Source: a virus (Duplodnaviria > Caudoviricetes). From it: a stretch of DNA of 55,716 nt. How positions within the stretch are numbered: the first letter of the stretch is position 1; every line of letters starts with the position of its first letter. Below, one piece after another: positions 52,922 to 55,716 of this stretch. The stretch is taken from the IMG/VR virus record IMGVR_UViG_3300024265_000060, positions 1 to 55,716 of that record; one strand, 5' to 3'. The translations under genes were made by a program, and so were the position numbers. The notes under the pieces were generated by a model. That model did no database searches. It was not told where the DNA came from and saw only the letters and a program-made list of their open reading frames with translations.

Positions 52922-53141
52922 TTTTGTTGTGAAGCGGGCGCTTGGCGGACTGATTGCTGGGGTTGTTGGTGAGGTTGATTTACGTTATAAGGCTGTCTAT
53001 GGGAGGGCCGCAGCTCCACCTGATGATTGGATTTCGGGACAGGAGTTGCATAGATGCCATCGCGACCATAGAGCTATTGAAGAGGGACGACCATTCAGTA
53101 TTGGATGGAATGCCACAGCGAGGATTTTGAAGCAAGTGTGA
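52878..53141 (+). CDS. paralogue 4 of the CxxxPKxGD family
   Basis: MAKWVECKRFPKQGDFVV...WNATARILKQV. Confidence 0.7.
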   Translation: MAKWVECKRFPKQGDFVVKRALGGLIAGVVGEVDLRYKAVYGRAAAPPDDWISGQELHRCHRDHRAIEEGRPFSIGWNATARILKQV

Positions 53142-53169
53142 TATGATGCTCCTCTAGGAGGGTTGAGCG

Positions 53170-54018
53170 TTGAAGACAAGCACGAGCAGGATGGGGGTGC
53201 TGGAAACGTGTCCGAGGAAGTTTTATTGGCGATATGTAGCGAATAGGGGGGAATGGACAGGGGTTAAGCAGGAATTCGGGATTATTATTCATGAAGCTCT
53301 GGCGACCCATTACAGGGGTGGTAACATATTAGAAGCGTTTGACTTAGGGGTTGCGGGTGCGACGAATGCGGAGCATCCGGATTTTGTCAAAATGTTGCCG
53401 GTTTGGAGGCAGAGGGTTGAGGAATATCCGAAGCATTACAAGGTGGAGGAGTGGGATGTCATCCTGACGCCGGAAGCTGAGCTGGAATTGACTTTTGGAA
53501 GCCATAAGATGTATGTGAGGTTGGACCTGATAGTGAGGTCCAAGAGGACGGGGCAGGTTTGGGTAGTTGACCATAAAACTACGGTGAGGACAGGAAGTAG
53601 TTGGTGGGCTCAGTTCTTTGTTGATAAGCAGGGGAGTGGTTATACACTAGCGGCTGAAGAAGCGTTGGGGGAAGAGGTTGCTGGGTGGCTTATTAATGTG
53701 ATTAAGCCGACCAAGACTGGGTGGTTTGAGCGGGAAGCTTTTACCAGAACCAGGGCTCAGTTAGAGTCGTTTAAGAGGCAGATGGTTTTTAGGTTGGATA
53801 GGTTGGTGGAGGAGTTGAAGCAGATTGACAAGGATGATCCGCTAAGTTATGATGCTATGTTAATAGTGGATAGGCTATTTCCACAGCACACTGGAAGCTG
53901 TCATGGGTTTGGGACGTGTCCGTACATTGCAGCTTGTCAGGTGGGTTATGAGCAAGTGAAGACGGTTGTGGAAGCGCAGTTTGAAGTGAGGAAACTGAGT
54001 CCGGTTGACGGGGCTTAG
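53170..54018 (+). CDS. PD-(D/E)XK exonuclease (RecB/Cas4-like, Fe-S Cys)
   Basis: TCPRK, GIIIHEAL, RLDLI, VVDHKT and C-terminal C...CPY...C. Confidence 0.88.
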   Translation: MKTSTSRMGVLETCPRKFYWRYVANRGEWTGVKQEFGIIIHEALATHYRGGNILEAFDLGVAGATNAEHPDFVKMLPVWRQRVEEYPKHYKVEEWDVILTPEAELELTFGSHKMYVRLDLIVRSKRTGQVWVVDHKTTVRTGSSWWAQFFVDKQGSGYTLAAEEALGEEVAGWLINVIKPTKTGWFEREAFTRTRAQLESFKRQMVFRLDRLVEELKQIDKDDPLSYDAMLIVDRLFPQHTGSCHGFGTCPYIAACQVGYEQVKTVVEAQFEVRKLSPVDGA

Positions 54019-54231
54019 GGGTGGAGTTGTTGGTGGTGGTAGTGATGATTTTTGCTGGATTTTGGATAGTGGATAAGTTGACCGAAAAGAAGTAAAGTGT
54101 GGTAAGATGGAGGAATTCAGGCCGGGAAGCCGGATAGGTGGGATGTTGGCGAGTGGCACTTGGGTCTATGGCCATAGGCCGCGATTGTTGGTAGAGCGCA
54201 GGGAGCCAAACCTGAATATTTTGGAGGAATC

Positions 54232-54978
54232 TTGGAAAAGAAACCATTGAGAGAGCTGGAAGTGAGCCATCATCTCTCTGTTCATATAACAGCACCTGCA
54301 AAGTATGGCAAGACGACGTGTGGGATTAGTGCACCGAGGCCGATTTTGTGGGGAGATGTGGACAAGGGGTTGGAGAGTTTGCTGAAGACAGATGTTGTGC
54401 CGAGCGAAATGCTTGATGGGATTGACATTACGGAGATTGAGAGCTATGCGCAGGCACAGGAGTTGTTTCAAAGTGGCTGGAAGGATGGACCAGGTGGGAA
54501 ACCGTATAAGACGGTGATTTTGGATACGTTTTCGACCCTTCTTAACAGGGTTATCAAGAAGAAAGAGATTTTAAAGGGTCGGGAAAAGATGGAGCTTCAG
54601 GATTGGGGCCTTTATTTGGAACGGGGGCTGCATATTGCGTTGACGGCACATGAGTTGGCGATCAAGGAAGATGGTTGCCATACGATTCTGATGTTTCATG
54701 AGGCGGACAAAGGGGGAGAGGATGGAGAGATTGGGAAGCTTGGACCTGCGGTGAGTGGGCAGTTGTTTAATATCTTGCCGGGGATTCCAAACTTTTCTTT
54801 CTTTCTGAGGATTCGGCGCTTGGGGCTTAATGCTAACAAGACGCCGAAGTTGGTGAGGCAGTTGCAGACTGGGGCAGATAATAGGACTCCGGCTGGGTCA
54901 AGGAGTTCTTTGGATATGTATGAAGCGCCGGATATTTCGGCGATTTGGGAAAAGGTTAAGAAGAAAGATGCCAAGTGA
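54232..54978 (+). CDS. AAA_24 / Sak4-like ATPase
   Basis: APAKYGKTT Walker A, KTVILDT Walker B, DWG and HE motifs. Confidence 0.8.
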   Translation: MEKKPLRELEVSHHLSVHITAPAKYGKTTCGISAPRPILWGDVDKGLESLLKTDVVPSEMLDGIDITEIESYAQAQELFQSGWKDGPGGKPYKTVILDTFSTLLNRVIKKKEILKGREKMELQDWGLYLERGLHIALTAHELAIKEDGCHTILMFHEADKGGEDGEIGKLGPAVSGQLFNILPGIPNFSFFLRIRRLGLNANKTPKLVRQLQTGADNRTPAGSRSSLDMYEAPDISAIWEKVKKKDAK

Positions 54979-55144
54979 AGAAGAGATTAGAAACTATTCA
55001 GATTTTGGCGGTAATGGTGAGTGGTTGCAGAGCGTAGAGGATTGGATCGAAACACAGGATGATGGAAAAAATTGGCTTTCGCGGCTTGCGGCAGACGTGG
55101 GAGTTCCGGTTCAATTAAGGCTGCCGTTTGAGGAGAAAGATTAA
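54968..55144 (+). CDS. small hypothetical protein
   Basis: MPSEEEIRNY...QLRLPF. Confidence 0.5.
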   Translation: MPSEEEIRNYSDFGGNGEWLQSVEDWIETQDDGKNWLSRLAADVGVPVQLRLPFEEKD

Positions 55145-55145
55145 G

Positions 55146-55604
55146 ATGGCGTTGCCAATTGACATGAGTACGGTGAGTGCTGCGGACAAGTATCCGGAGG
55201 GTAGGTTTCGGGTGAGGGTCTTGTCGGCGGAGGTCAGGCCAAAGGATGCAGAGATTAATGACCAGTGCGAGGTTGTTGGGCAGGTTACGGAGAAAGGGAC
55301 GCAGAAGTATTGTGGATTGTCAGTGGGGTTTCGGTACATCGAGCATCCGAGCAATTACACCGTGGATGAGAATGGGAAAGATCTGAGCATGGTGGGTCGG
55401 ACGCGGTTTCAGTTCTTCTCGATGCATCCAAAGATGATCAAGCATGTGAAGAGGATGTTTGTTGCTGCGGGTATTGAGGGGAGTGATGAGCAGGAGCTGG
55501 TTGGGCAGGAGATTGATATTGTGAGTGAGGATCAGGTGGATAATAGGGAACCTGATGGTCCGAAGGAGAGTAAGGTTACGAGGACTATGGTTGCGATGGG
55601 ATAG
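55146..55604 (+). CDS. ssDNA-binding protein (DUF669-like)
   Basis: YPEGRFRVRVLSAEV start and ELVGQEIDI; follows the nuclease and AAA genes. Confidence 0.65.
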   Translation: MALPIDMSTVSAADKYPEGRFRVRVLSAEVRPKDAEINDQCEVVGQVTEKGTQKYCGLSVGFRYIEHPSNYTVDENGKDLSMVGRTRFQFFSMHPKMIKHVKRMFVAAGIEGSDEQELVGQEIDIVSEDQVDNREPDGPKESKVTRTMVAMG

Positions 55605-55639
55605 TTCACCATAAATCCCACAGGTGAACCAGCAGGGGC

Positions 55640-55716
55640 GCGTCTGCTGCGAACAACGCGTGATTTTCTCAGATGGGGGTGATGCTAATAAACCTCGAAG
55701 TTTAAGTCGTTCGAGG
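55640..55716. repeat. Terminal overlap, right copy
   Basis: Matches 1-77 except the first 7 nt and the inverted 10-nt loop. Confidence 0.9.

Noticed and set aside
53170-54018. Cas4 / CRISPR system
   Set aside because: No repeat-spacer array or other cas genes; the context is the standard nuclease-AAA-SSB recombination trio.
55604-55660. HDV-like ribozyme (7-bp P1 and CGAA)
   Set aside because: Only 12 nt lie inside P1, too short for P2, P3 and L3.
1-55716. Stop-codon reassignment, integrase or diversity-generating retroelement
   Set aside because: Core genes are intact in the standard code and end with TAA, TAG and TGA; no recombinase or reverse transcriptase motifs were recognised.

Overview
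This window looks like an essentially complete, circularly permuted genome (~55.64 kb) of an uncultured tailed dsDNA phage with podovirus-like architecture. The two ends overlap by 77 nt. The minus-strand block (~41.2 kb down to ~9.9 kb) encodes terminase, portal, scaffold, major capsid, adaptor/tail proteins, an amidase, beta-helix proteins, ejection proteins (including a 2375-aa polyvalent protein) and lysis genes. The plus-strand block (~41.5 kb through the end/start to ~10.2 kb) encodes many small early genes, Fic, an RNA ligase, an amidoligase plus class II glutamine amidotransferase, a PD-(D/E)XK nuclease/AAA/SSB trio, UDG, GroES, a family A DNA polymerase and a DUF3987 helicase-like protein. 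No integrase, tRNA or CRISPR array was recognised. The strongest lead is a family-4 UDG domain cut in two: its final catalytic HPS motif starts the polymerase ORF ~1.26 kb downstream. The intervening multi-gene segment is bounded by a GAAGA direct repeat and by flanks that can base-pair at long range. Precise removal would restore an in-frame UDG-PolA fusion and also fuse two ORFs across the junction of the excised circle. Other leads are three Sec-signal-peptide, Cys-rich proteins inside the virion module, several large structured intergenic RNAs, a sigma70-region-4/zincin-bearing ejection protein, and two families of short paralogues. All calls come from reading motifs by eye; no searches or folding programs were run.
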